Assembly (NCBI GenBank): GCA_964247055.1
Contig: OZ176055.1
Location: forward strand, 3,348,001-3,412,000
DNA from: Paragordius varius
Lineage: Eukaryota > Animalia > Nematomorpha
Direction of reading: 5' to 3'
DNA: 64,000 bases
A program made the translations under genes and the position numbers. The notes under the pieces were generated by a model, which did no database searches, was not told the origin of the DNA, and saw only the letters and a program-made list of their open reading frames with translations. Positions within the stretch are counted from its first letter, which is position 1. Each line of letters starts with the position of its first letter. Of the stretch, positions 48,159-61,961 are shown piece after piece.

Positions 48159-51100
48159 AAAAAAGGCCAATAGCAGGGTCAAACAAAAGATCAACTACAC
48201 CTATTCGCTACAGTTTAGTCGAAACTGTTAACAATAATGAATCTCATGCTTCTAGTCCAAAAATCGAGCCAAATTCTTGTACAAATAATGCGTCAGAAAT
48301 TTTGTCACAAATCAAACCTCCTTCCCCCCTTGGAGAAAAGCACAAAAATGTTTATTCTAAACGGTCATATTGTAATAAAATCAACACCAACAATAAAATA
48401 AAAAAATGTAATGAAATACCCTTATCTCCTTCCAAGTGCAATTTCAAAAATTATAATGATGGCGAAAAGCTACAAAAATTCCTTAAACCATTAAAACATG
48501 ATACTGGAAAGAAACAAGATCAATTGCCCAGTAAAAAGTCCAAGGAAAAATCTGCGTTACTTAATAATAGTAATACTCCTTTGCAACAAAATTATCCGAC
48601 AAAAATTGAACCACCTTCGTTTACACCCGTAGGTGTGGACGAAACTACATTTAATCAAACATTAGCTTCAATTGTACCCTTAAATAAAAGTTTTGTTGGG
48701 GATAATTTAATGGCTAAAACTGAAATAATTACCCCTCTAAGTTCTAATCAAGGTTCTGAACAGAGCTGGAAGAAAAAATCTAAATGTCGATATCGGAAAA
48801 AACGGAAAAAACAACGCTACACCAAAAGTGAGAAATGGTATAGAGTACGTGCACCTCAACACTTAAAAACAAATTTGATAGAAAACTTTAATGATGACAC
48901 AATATCAAATGATAGACCTATTTTGGATGAAATAGCCAAAGTATATCTTTAGTTATATAATTTTATGATAATTTCTGTTTCTTTAATTGGATTAAAAGAA
49001 AAATTAAAACTAAGACTTTCGAAAAATATGAAAACCCTAGACTCGTAAAAGTAGGAGCCAGACTGGTTTGAAAAAATGGTCAAATCGGTTTCAGTTTTTG
49101 TTCGATTAATTATAAATAGAAGGTTACAGGCGTTTCCTATTTGAGTTTTTAGAAATTTTTTACCTTTTGTGTGACGTAATATTAATTTACAGTAAAAATT
49201 GAAATTACACGGACAACACGTAAAAATATAAAGGCAAATATTTTTCTAGACAACTATACTTTTATCTTGATTAATATAAATTATTGTATTTTACATAAAG
49301 AATAAAATAGAGATGTATATTGGTACACTCAATTATGTATTTAACGAATGTAATTAAATAATTTATAAAAGAATTGAGAATTAAAAATGTTTGGTTGTCT
49401 TTTAAAACACACCTGTCTTTATTTTTTACATTTCGTCCATATAATTTAAATTTATACTGTACATCTTAATTTTGTATTTTTCATTTTGTTTGATTTAGAT
49501 AAATTTAGATGTTTCTAACGCAAATTCATTAATAAGTTTATTATAATTTTGTATGCATCAATCAATTCAAAAAAAAACAACAATATTTTTGTTCAGTCCA
49601 AAAAATACCAAGAGCTCCTTATTTTGACAATCTTAAAATATTAAAAAATCAAAATATACCATAATACATCATATCAATACCTAGTGATAAAAAATTTGTT
49701 TAGAATAATACATTAGATACAATAAAAAACCATTTTTAATTTTTCCTTTAAAACTTTTTTGTGGGAATTAATAAATATATAGATTTTTTTATTATATTCA
49801 ACTTTAATCAATAGGACGTGAAAGAATGCTTAAGTTATGTGGTTGATTGTGTCAATATAGCTAATAATACAAATTATACTCATGCCCTTAATGCATACTA
49901 CAATCGAGTCTATAGCTCAGAACGATTAAAACTTCAACATGTATTCTATTTTCTTTTTGTTTAAAATTTAACCGTTTTTAATTATTGGGGTATATTAAAT
50001 AATATTTTTAACATTATAAAACGTGTGTAGATTACAATTGCCAACATAATATATGAACCGCTTACAAAAGATAATATACCAACGGATAAAGACAAAAAAA
50101 TGGCACAAGATCAACCAAATAATACATCATGTGTACCATACTTTATTCCTGTAAGTAACTTTTTAGTTAAGATATTATCATTACATATTGCAAAATTTTG
50201 ATTTTTTTGTCATAAAAATTTATTTCAGTTTCTTAATAATTATCATTAACCGTTTTAAAATAACAAATTATTTTAGCATTAAAATCTGTTGTTTTTTCTT
50301 TATTCATTTAATTTTTTTCCATCCAAAATAAGCAAGGTTACAACCTAAACCAATACGGATTCCCCATCAATCAACTCATATCTGGATCACAAAACCATTC
50401 CATTCCCAAAAATACTGAATTACATAATAATAATAATAATAATTCAAATTTATCTATAAAACACTGTATTGATGAAATTGACTTTGAAAACGATAAAAAT
50501 TTTACTATATATTGTTTTTATTGCGGTATACCTCTTTCAATGCATACAATTTACGAATTTTTGCAAAGTTATCAAAAGTTAATACTCTGTGATCAAATTT
50601 TAATGTCCCAACCAAATTCTATTACGACAATTAATAATTGTAATTCAAATTTTTCATTAAATTTCAAGGGAATATACACACCCTTAAAAGTCATTATGTG
50701 TTTGAAATGTTGTCAATTTTATCACACCAATTGCTTTTATTTAGCCAAAAATATGCATAATTCATCTCACTCTGTAATAATGGCTCCTATTCAATTTAAT
50801 GATATTTTGCAAAAATTAATATTCAATATTAAACGTTTTTTTGTTCAATTCCACGATAGCAAGAACAGTAATGAAAATAATAATGATAAATTACATAGTA
50901 TTTATGTTACATTGGTACAAAATATATATACCTGTCAAAACTGTGCTATATATTGTGCTTCCTGTCACCACAAAATGGGCAAAAGGGTTAGAAAATTTTC
51001 ATATAAATTATTTTTTTTAAAAAAAAGTATTTAAATTATTTTCAAAAATCTTGTTGTATACCCTATGTTTGTTTAAAAAGCACTTTAAAAAATTTTTTTA

Positions 51101-54100
51101 TGACTAATGTTTATTTTTATTTTAGCCCATATTATGTAATATTTGTTACACACCATATCACTCTCAATGCATTTCACACAATATGAAACATGATGAAGCT
51201 AGCAAAAAATTGGTGAATGCTGATTGGGTATGAAACTATTTATATCAATCCTTAGTTTTTTTTATTTTATTAGATTTTATACGTTAATTCATTTTATACA
51301 TATATCTTTTTTAATAGATTTGTCCAACTTGTCAATTATGTTTGTATTCCTTATCAAACAAGTCTTCAACCGAAACAATAAGGTCATTTATAATAATTAA
51401 ACAATTTTTTAACGCAATCTGATATTGCTGCTCAACGCTTTTTATTTTAATTTTTTTAGGTGCAAAAGCGGATCATCAAGAATTTGTTTTAAATATTTTA
51501 CTGTTTTTATTAAATTTTTATGGAGGTTACTCCATTATTTGCTTTGTTGAGTTATAGTTTAAGCAAATATTTTTAATTGTGTTGTTAAGGACATCAATAT
51601 ATATATATATACATATATGGCCATTGAGGCATTTGTTAAGTATATATTATTTAGTGTAACGCATAAAATTATTATAATAAATCCAATATTGTTTTAATTG
51701 CACCATTTTTGTGATCCTTTTTATTAAAGAATAATATTGGCGGATTGATCCCAAAATGGATTTTTTCCATTTTGTATCGAGATTAAACATGTATATATTT
51801 TATGTTTAAGGCATTCTTCATTGCTATTAATTTTATTGTAAACTTTTATAATATTATGTTAAAGTTTTTTTTTGATTTTGTGAAACTGGGCCTAATTCAT
51901 TTATGGATTTGTCATAGGATTTCAAAATGATTTTACAAAAAACAAATTTACAATTTATGGAACTATTCGTTAGTTTAATATTTTGGTGTCCATTTTTTGC
52001 AGATCAGAACTTTATTGGCTAGTGAGTACGCAATATGTATTACGTTTCCTTATAACAAATCATCTGGCTAAGCATTATAAAAAGCTAAGAATAACTTCAA
52101 TTTAATATTATTGGGAATATCCTTTCCCTAAATCTATCAAAAACTTTATAAATAAAACTACAAACTTACCATTAAAACGATATCATCAAAAATTTAAATT
52201 TTGACAAACCCTTAAGACTTGTCGGTAAATGGTTTTAATTTATATTTCAATGACTTACAATGAAATGTCCATAATATAAATGTGGGCAATACTAAATTAT
52301 GGATATGTTTTTTAAAAATATTTTTTTATTTTTATTATCGATATATTCTTATAAATATTTAGATATGTTAAACCACTAGAAGATCACAATTATAGTCTCA
52401 TGCCTAACAATGAAACTAAAACTCTTGCTACGAATCTCAACCATAATCAAAGCTTATACAAACAAAACTTATATTATCAAAACTATTCCAAGTTTAAATG
52501 CATAATCTGCCAAAGAGAGTTAAATGTATATATTTTGACACACTTTAAATTTCATTTTTTGTATCAATTTTTTGTTTTTAAAATTAAAATATAAATATAT
52601 CAATTAAGGATATATTTTTGAATATTTTTAAAATGTTTTGAGCAACTCCCATCATTCATTCATTTACGAGTTTATATAAAAACTTTATTTTTTTAATAAT
52701 TTAAAAAAAATGTGTGAATTTTTCTAATTTTATTAGATAGTGTTTATACCAATTTATTCCAAAAAATCAAAAATGTGTTAATTTTTCCAATTTTATTAGA
52801 TACTGGTTGTACCAATAAATTATTCCACTACTGACTCTACAATTACTTTGTGGATTCATCCTATGTGTTTAATCGGTCTCCCAATCAATGATATTTCAAA
52901 CGCTTTAGTATATGAAAATTTAAATTTCAACGCTGAAAATTTTTATAATGATTATACTCCTCAAAGTTTATATAAAAATATTAACAACTTAAACATATCA
53001 AACTTATCCTTGAATGTTAATTGGAGAGATATTAGCAAATATTTGAGCTGGAATTGCATTTTTTGCAAAGAGCCTGGTGCGACACTTCACTGTTCGCTAG
53101 AGGGCTGTTTTAATTCCATGCATTTTCTCTGTTTTGCATTACAAAAAACAAATACTTCCAAACTATCTTGTAATATTGGTGATGAGGATAATATGGAAAT
53201 ATTTGGAACCGATTCTCAATTTTCAGAAGAATATTTTTGCCCTCAACATCAAGTAAATATAATCAATTTGGACATTTGTTTTTTAGCTTTTTCTTTTAAA
53301 ATATGCTTAAATTGATGTTTAGATTTTTTATTTTCAAAAAATGAATTTGAATTACTAAAATGATGGCAAATTATTTGTTTCCATTTTTTTATTATTTTAG
53401 GATTTAATTTAAATAATATAATATATATTATTTAAATATATAGACTCGAGAAAATCATCATAAGTTTGCAAGAAACACTTTTAACGTCAATGAAGAATTC
53501 AATAATTTTCCATATTTTCTTACATCGCAAATTACTCCTCTCAAGCACATCGTTAAAAAAAGGGGTCGACGCCACAATGTGACCTTAAATTTAGAAATTT
53601 CATGGCAAAAATTTTGTTCCCTTAGTTTACGAAATAAAGTTGTCAACCACAAAACGAACTTTCAAAATAATTTACACAACAAAAATACGAAAAATAATAG
53701 TGTTTCAAGAATACCACGTCAACGGAGAAATGGCTTGTTTAAAAATGCTATAGCAAACGATACTGATTACAATATTATCAACAATAATAATCTTGATATT
53801 AATTCCAATAGTTTAAACCATAATTACGCAATAAATCTCAATTTATCTGCAAACACGGTGGCTAACAAATTTTATAATGCCATTACGCCATCAATTTTTG
53901 AAAACAATTTTCATTCAAATATCTCGATTGGTGCTTGGACACTTTTATGCGTTGGGACTTGGGATTATAAATTATTGTTTCGTCAACAATATAAATTTCA
54001 GCAATCATACTATTTGGCAGATCAGTTTTTAAAGTTACCTTTAGAATCAGTAAAAGAGTTTTGTTCAAAATCTTTTCAATATTATCCTTTGGGTTATAGG

Positions 54101-57100
54101 TAATATAATTTTTAGTTTTGTGTTAGTTTTGTGAATGACTTTATATATGTATAGAAAATTAATTCGTGACTTATAAAAATATTAAACTTTGTTAAGAAAA
54201 AGTTATATATGGAATATATATATTATATGATAATAATTTTTACCCCATCGAGTGATAATAATAACATATGGGTATAAATCCAAAGAAAATCTAAGGAAGT
54301 ACCCTTGGTTACAGAAGGAAAATACTATACTTTTTTTTTAACTATAAAATATCTTATAAATTGGTCTAATTATTAAGTTATCATTAATAGATTTCGAGAT
54401 CTATGGTGATCCCTGAATCGCTAAGGGGAATTAACTACTATAAAATAACTAGATAATTCCCTAATAGCATCATATATGAAGTTAATTTCAAAATAAATGA
54501 CACAACTCAAAAAATAATGAGTGATATGTAACTAAGCGTAATCTTTCTACCCTTTGGCATTTCTTAGATACTGCACATATTATAATTATAACTTATCACC
54601 TAATAGTGTAAAAATATCACATATGTTTATGTATAAATAATTTAAAATTATATAGCTATAATATTTAATTAGTATTATGTATGATTAACAGTTATGGATT
54701 AAAACCGAATTTTATGGAAAACCATATTTTTTATTGTATTAAGTTTACCATTTAACAACCCAATTAATTCATTTATTTACCCCAAAACCAGTAAAATAGA
54801 GATACAATAGAAAATTATTCTTATGATGTTTAAAGTATTTAAACATTATTTTATTTGAAGGTGTTATCGATACATGTGGAATTCTCAACATCGATTTAGC
54901 CTATCACTTTATGAAGTTGAGGTGCTCTACTATTTTCCACTACCATTAGACACAGAAAATGATCTCAGTACTACATTTATCAATGGAATAGCTCTATCAT
55001 TTTCACATGAATTACAGCGTCTTTTAGTAAATTTTGTAATCTTTGAAAACGAAAATTATGCAAATAAAATGCAACAATTGCCTAATTCTTCACAAATGAT
55101 TAATGTGGAACATATTATACATAATGTTAAACCAATCACTTTGTTCCGGATAAGGAATTGTGATGAGGATGGTTGGTATCGATACGATTTTACTTTAAAG
55201 GGTGAATTATATTAACCTAATATTTATTAATAGTTTTTGGCTAATGTAGTAAATTTATTACAAACTATTTAAGTTTTTGGTAATGCAGATAGGCAATAAG
55301 ATTGGGCGATGCGAACAATTTTTTGAGATTTATTAGTATTAATCTGACCTTTAAAATGAAATTGTTACCATACCTATTTATTAAAATTTTTGTTAAACAT
55401 TAAATAAACCTTGGAAAATAAATATTAATGTTTTAAAAATATGTATGGTTGATTTATCCATTTAAATACTTTCTAATTGGAAAAATCTTTATATATGATC
55501 ATAATTTTCCAGATTTGTGGTCAAACTTCCTAAATGATTGTGATAATGCAGAATTGTCTTCTATTAATTCAAGCAGCTTTAATATGTTGTTTGGTTTTGA
55601 ACATCCGATTACTAAATCTCTTTTACACGGTTTAAATCACCTTCAACCACAAGCAAAAACGGATTTAACAAATAATTTTACCAATAGCAATAATATTAGG
55701 GTAAGTTGTTAATTTTTAAATACAATATATATTTTTGAAATGGATATTCATATATAATTAATTAAATTAATATTTATTAAATTTTACCTTCTTTTTCTAT
55801 TGTGTTAGTTATTGAAAAGATTACGAATTTAATAATTTTCAACCTTTTAAATCTATGTTTCCTATTTTTATTGCAATGATAGGAAAAACTTACATGTGCC
55901 AGATGTCAACCCTATTCACCCGGCAAATTCCGAAAAATTAAACAAAAAAATAAATCCAACACAAATTTTATTTTACAGAGAAGGCCTGACACCACCAACA
56001 TCAATTCCAATACCAATAAATTTATTAGAAAGCGATATGAACATATGAAACACTATTTCCCAACCAATTTTTGCGTTAAACGGTAATTACTTACGTAAAT
56101 TAAAATTATTATTTTTGACAGTTGCAATTGGTTTTTAGTTGGATAAGATTTTAATAAATTTTTTGCTCCTGTGTTTTTATAAATAGTAAAATATGTAAAT
56201 TGCTATATGAATTTTTTTAAACGAAAATTTTTTTTGTTCAGAGAAAAATAGTAGATAAAAAAATTTATTGGCAATTATTTGGTAAGTTAATTAAAGGCTT
56301 CATTTCGTCGTAACATTTTGCTGCCACTTACAGAATTCACATTAATATCGGTCAATTCACATTATAGTTGGTCAGTTTCTAATACAGTAACGAATGTATG
56401 ATATAAAACAAATTTTATTATATATGCAATTATAATTCAGCTAAAATTGTATAAATTTATTATGATATTTCGATTACTAAAAGTAATCTTTGTCAAACGT
56501 AAAAAATAAAATTAAAATATAAACTAAAATTTAAATTATAAAGTAAGTTCATAAATCAATAAAATTTAATATTGTAAGTTGGAAAAAAATTATAATTTCA
56601 ATCATTTGTTGTTTTTTTACCCATACGCTACTTGTATTTCCAATTGATCGAAATGTATATTTTTCAACATTACTGTATATATATTACATTAACTTATTAT
56701 ATTCAGTTCACAGATACATGGGTTTGGACTATTTGCTCGGCAAACTTTTTGCAAAGACACTATACTTTGTGAGTACACAGGAGAGGCAATACGTGATTCG
56801 ATTGGAGAAATAAGGGAGCAATCTTTAAATTATCATCATAATTTTTCTATAAGCACCAAAAAGAGTTTTCGTCATTTAGATAAGTCTAAAACTACTCTGT
56901 CCTCCTGTTTTTTATTTCGATTGAATGACAAAGTCATAATAGATGCAACTAGGGGTGGAAATATGAGTCGATACATTAATCATTCTTGTCAGGTTTTTTG
57001 TTTTGTTTTTTTTAACCTTTTCTGCAAAATATATGGTATCTTTTTGATTAAATTTCTTATTTAACCTGCATTAAAATAATTTTTAATAACTTCAATGTTA

Positions 57101-57485
57101 TAATATTTATTAGTTGGTATTTCTTTTACACGGAAAATGTTTTATATTTTTTAATTTTTTCATACTATAAATCTTAAAGCCAAACTGTTATGCTAAAATC
57201 CTTCGTATTTTTGGAGCACCACGCATTATATTGTTCGCTAAAACCATAATTTATCAATCGGAAGAATTAACTTATGATTATAAATTTCCGCTTGTGGAAT
57301 CAATTAGAAGAGAAAATCAACCTGATTCTAATCACAATAATGAAAATATCGATTTTGAATTGGAAAACTTCACAAAATTATCCGAAAATTTTGCACCCTT
57401 AAATAATTCTTACAGCAATGCATCAAATAATCTCGTAAAATGTCGATGCAAGTCAAAAACATGCACAGGATATATGAATTTATAA
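48159..57485 (+). CDS. trx: Trithorax/KMT2-type H3K4 methyltransferase (PHD fingers, ePHD, FYRN, FYRC, WIN, SET, post-SET); 5' end unresolved
   Basis: PHD fragments (YCFYCG...CLKCCQFYHTNC; CNICYTPYHSQC), ePHD (WIHPMC; CIFCKEPGATLHCSLEGCFNSMHFLC; FCPQH), FYRN (ISIGAW...YPLGYR|CYRYMWNS), FYRC (LFGFEHPI). WIN-like TCARCQPYS resembles insect Trx. SET: RSQIHGFGLF, EYTGEAIR, DATRGGNMSRYINHSCQ|PNC, ELTYDYKFP. Post-SET CRCKSKTCTGYMNL*. Confidence 0.85.
56418..56650 (+). repeat. Composite dispersed repeat; left part also at ~11581-11700, right part at ~35860-35960
   Basis: Shared strings GCAATTATAATT..CAGCTAAAATT and AAGTAATCTTTGTCAAACGTAAAAAA (with 11.6 kb), and TTTGTTGTTTT..TACCCATACGCTAC (with 35.9 kb). 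Confidence 0.7.
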
Positions 57486-58112
57486 AAAAGCACAAAGCAT
57501 TTTATTTAAAATTTGGATAGAAATATAAATTTTTTTTTCAACGTTTTTGCATTTTAGAGCCTTGTACCTTGTCTTTAATATTAATACACACATATATATA
57601 TATATTTTTTATAATTTTCAATAGTTGTATAAATATAAATCTACGTTTCATATGTACATTTAAGTAAAATAAATTTTTTATACCTTGATAAATAAATTAG
57701 AGTTTTAATTTTTTTTGTTACCGTTAATAGTATATTGAATATTGTTAGCTTTCAACAAATTTAAAATGTTATGTAATATATAATTTTATAAATATATTTT
57801 TTCAGAGTGTAATGACATTTTTAATGTTTGAAAATTAGATATGCGTTTATTGGATACCTGTATGGCCTTAAAAAACGTCAAAATTTACATATTTAAATAT
57901 TTTTAAATTATATAAACAAGGTATTTATTTTCAACAGGTGTGCTTTTAACCCAATTTAATTTTGTTAATATGTAAGATACGATGAATCAAAAATCTAAAT
58001 TTAATTTATGTTTAATATCAATTAAAGTAATTTCAAAAAATTCTTTTTAGTTTTCTGTTCCATAATTTAGGGATATATAATTTCCTTCCTTTATTATGGA
58101 AATTTACAGCAA

Positions 58113-58220
58113 TATACCGGCCATTTTTTGCTAAAATGAAATGGTTTTTTTACCATACTAAACACATTTTCTTTATAATGAATATAAGTTCATTTTTTAG
58201 CTAAAAAACACCGGATATAT
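58113..58220. mobile_element. Small palindromic, Tc1/mariner-like MITE candidate
   Basis: TATACCGGCCATTTTTTGCTAAAATGAA versus TTCATTTTTTAGCTAAAAAACACCGGATATA form an imperfect inverted repeat with TA flanks. Confidence 0.35.
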
Positions 58221-59384
58221 TATAAGTAACATTTATTCCCTTTCTTGTTTATATTTTTTTCACAGTTTCAAACGAAAACGTAATAATAATAATAATTAAT
58301 GGTTATGGTAGGATAATGGAGTATGGTTTTTCCTGTCTCATTCTGCTCCTACATAAATGACTTCCTTCTTAAATGGAAATAATAAGAAATTTGGTGGTAT
58401 TTTAGCCATTTTTTTTACCTTTTACAAAGGTAAAAGATACATTCTCAAAAATGTAACTAGGAATGATATTTTTAGGCAGTAGCGTTCGTTACCTTAAGTG
58501 ATCTAATTATTTCCTGTGCTAAAGATTTTTTAACAAAATAGAAACTGCACATAAAAAACCCATGTTTTATTTTGAAAACCTAAACATTTGGGTTCATTTT
58601 AGTCATAAAATAAAATGGAAATCTTGAAAATTTGAGGTTGTTAAAAATTTGTAGAGTCCTCAAAATATCCTTATTTTTGGAAAAACTGTGTATAAATATT
58701 GTTACCTATGCATATACAAGTATAAATTTGCGTAATTTTCCTAAAACATGGCACGCGCCCATTATTGCGTGACCCCAATGCAGATTTTTTATGCAGACGA
58801 CCCTTGAATTTTTTTAAAAAAGGTAAATTTCCAAGTAGCTTATTTTTAATTTAGACCACTATACTTTACATAGTTTTATAAAAGCCTATAAAAAATTATG
58901 GTTAAATTGGTATATGAAACCAATATCGTTATATAATTTGGTTGGAGATTAATAAGAAATAAAACAAAGGACAGAAAATTTTAATGTTTTGTAATAATAT
59001 ATTGCAATTTTAGAAAGGCATGCGATATTAGTTCAAATTTACTTCAATATTTAAATTTTTTATAATTCTTTGCAATTAATATTTATTGTGGCAAAAATGT
59101 AACTAACTATTGGTGTTTAGGTCGTTGGATTGCCTTAAATGTGAGTAATAATTTATAAGGCTATATTAAATGAACAAACATAAAGAAAAATATATAAATT
59201 ATGTTTAAATATATTAATGTAGCTATTTAAAACAATTAATTAACATATTTATTAAAATATTAAATAAATTTTAGCATAATAATATTTACTTTACTCACTA
59301 ATTCTATCAAGGCTCTTATTTTAGTTTAGTAGTTAAGTTCTCCAAAATTGTTGCGAACCCAATTTCGATTATCCGTTAATATAA

Positions 59385-59640
59385 CGTTTCCACTACAAAT
59401 CCACCCTCAAACAATTCCAATTCACCCTAAAATAATTATTTTTTCAAAATTAAAAAAAACTTATATTACTAATTTTAAAAAAATAAAATTTTGTTTAAAA
59501 TTAACTGAAAAAATAATAGCCATAACGATATTTGTATTAATGATGATTTATATTTACCCAAAACCACATGTATTATTAGGTAGGTTTTAAATTTAAATTG
59601 TTCAAGGGTCAAAGGATGAATTTGAATTGTATAGGTAAAC
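59385..59640. mobile_element. Degenerate MITE family A copy
   Basis: AAATCCACCCTCAAACAATTCCAATTCACCCT left arm, TGTTCAAGGG...GATGAATTTGAATTGT right arm, and the core GCCATA...TAATGA; termini decayed. Confidence 0.6.
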
Positions 59641-59689
59641 ATCTGAATTTGAGTTAAAGTATGTAAGCACCTATTCATAATAACCGTTA

Positions 59690-59846
59690 TACCTACACTA
59701 TAATTCGCCCTTAAACACTTTAAATTCATCCTAAAACATTTCAAATTCTAAATAAAATTATGTGTTTTTTCATATCAACCCATTATTTATTGATATTTTT
59801 AAACGAAATGACATTTCATAATAAAAAATTATACACTATGCCATGA

Positions 59847-59883
<37 letters not shown>

Positions 59884-60163
59884 TAGCGTATGCAGTAAAA
59901 GATTATTAGTGCAAAATAATCTTAATGAGGGGGATATTATGGATATGTTTATAAATAGGACTGAATGATAATTAATATATGAAAATTGTCCCCCTGTTTA
60001 AGATTATTTTGCACTAACAATCTTTTACTGCATACGCCACTGTATATATATATATATATATCAACAATGAGTTATAATAGTTCGAAAAGGCATAACTTTT
60101 TTTAAGGTTAATAAGAAATGTATAAGGGTGTTGAAGTGTTCAAGATATGAGGTGTAAATGGTA
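59690..60163. mobile_element. MITE family A copy carrying a nested insertion
   Basis: Left arm TACC...AATTCGCCCTT...AAATTATGTGTTTT and right end GGTGTAAATGGTA|TA. The core CTATGCCAT...AATGAGTTATA is split by 59881-60042. Confidence 0.7.
59881..60042. mobile_element. 162-bp palindromic MITE with ~45-bp TIRs, inserted in a TA run
   Basis: The left end CAGTAGCGTATGCAGTAAAAGATTATTAGTGCAAAATAATCTTAA differs from the reverse complement of the right end at only 2 positions. Flanked by (TA)n on both sides. Confidence 0.9.
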
Positions 60164-61961
60164 TACATATACTTAAATTATTTTTAATTATTATCCTATA
60201 TGTCGCTAGATATTGGATTTAAATTCCTTGTTTATTTTATTTTTTTATTTTATTGTGTGTTTATAAAAAATTTATATTTTTATTCGTTAAAACGTATATT
60301 TTTCAATTTATTACACATATGTCAATCATTGATGAATGACATTTTAATATTGAAACGGGAAAATGATTTTCTATCATCATTTATGTAATATTTGATGCAA
60401 CAAATTTCTATTTATTAATTTAATTTTTTCATAATTAAAAAAAGAATCTATGACCTTGAATTGGTTTAATTTATTATTTTCTCGTTTAAAGAATTATGTT
60501 CATTAGTAAATGGAACCTTTTTGAATCAAATTATAATGTAAATTCCACATTTGGGATTTCGGATATCCTAAAATCTGTATATCCCTTTTCTTTGATCAAT
60601 ATCGAAATAATTTACTAATCGCTTAGTAATTTGAAAAATGACTCAAAATGAACCCATTCAAATCTATGGTAATTAATTATATGATCACCCATAAAAATAT
60701 ATTGTAATGTTTGACCTGTTAGTATTCTTATAGTTTATTTTTATATACTCTGAATGTAGAATCGTAATTATCACAAAATAATATAATTATATCAGAAAAC
60801 ATCCTCTGCTAACATTATATTTAAACAAGGAAAAATAATTCGTTTAAAATAGCGAAAATATAATTACATAACCCTAAACGTATCGCATACCTTTATAATT
60901 AAATATTTTACAAATTTTAGCTTGCATTGTACGATATCCTTAACGATTAATCAGTATTAAAAGGGGACATTTACCTGTATACATATTAATTATTTTTAGT
61001 ATTTCATATTAAATTAATGTAATTATAATTTTACCTAAAAAAAGACCAGGTTTTCATTGTATTTACAATTTATATACATAATATCAGTGTAATTAATTAT
61101 TTTACATGATTTTGAAACAATGATTTATAAAATATTCTGGGTTATAATTCAATTTATTTAACAAAATTAAACCATTTTTAATGCATCTGATTTGAGCAGA
61201 GGGTTAGCATTTTTCAAAACAATTAAAGGTTTAAGAACCTGTATATTATTTTTTGCAATTTATTTGTTGAAAAGGAAATCAAAGATAGGAAATGGTTTAA
61301 AAGCCTTTTTATACGTTTCCTTTATTTAGGATAGATTGATTCATATCGATATATCAAATGAATTTATAAGCATAATAGATTAAAAATTTTATCCCATAGT
61401 ATGCACACTAAAAAATTAGCAATTTTTTCGCACACTTGTAAAATGTGTATAATCAATAAATGGAAATAATCTATACTTGAAAGAAATGATATTTATTAAT
61501 ATATCCTATTTATAAAATTTATATATGAATTAAACACAAAAAATTATTCGTCTATATTTTAGAACTAAATATATTCTAATGTATTTGAAATCATGAGATG
61601 CAAATAATAGGATTAAGATGGAAATATCGGAAGGAAAATTCCAATTAAAAACTAATTATAAGTAACACAACACATTTTGTAAGATATATGAGTGTATTTT
61701 AGAAAACACAGGTGAATTTGATTTTTAATCAAGACCATTGCCTAATTTAATAAAAAATAATTTCCGTTAATGAATAATAATGGTAGATTGTACCTATATC
61801 ATACTATTTTATTGGAAAATTTGTGATTTTTAAATTATTAAACGCACTAAACATCCATAATATCAATGAAAAATTTTCATTATTATTTAGTATCCAAAAA
61901 ACATTTTTTAATAGTTCCGAAACTCATGTGCGTTAATTGTAATAATATACCATTTTTTTAG

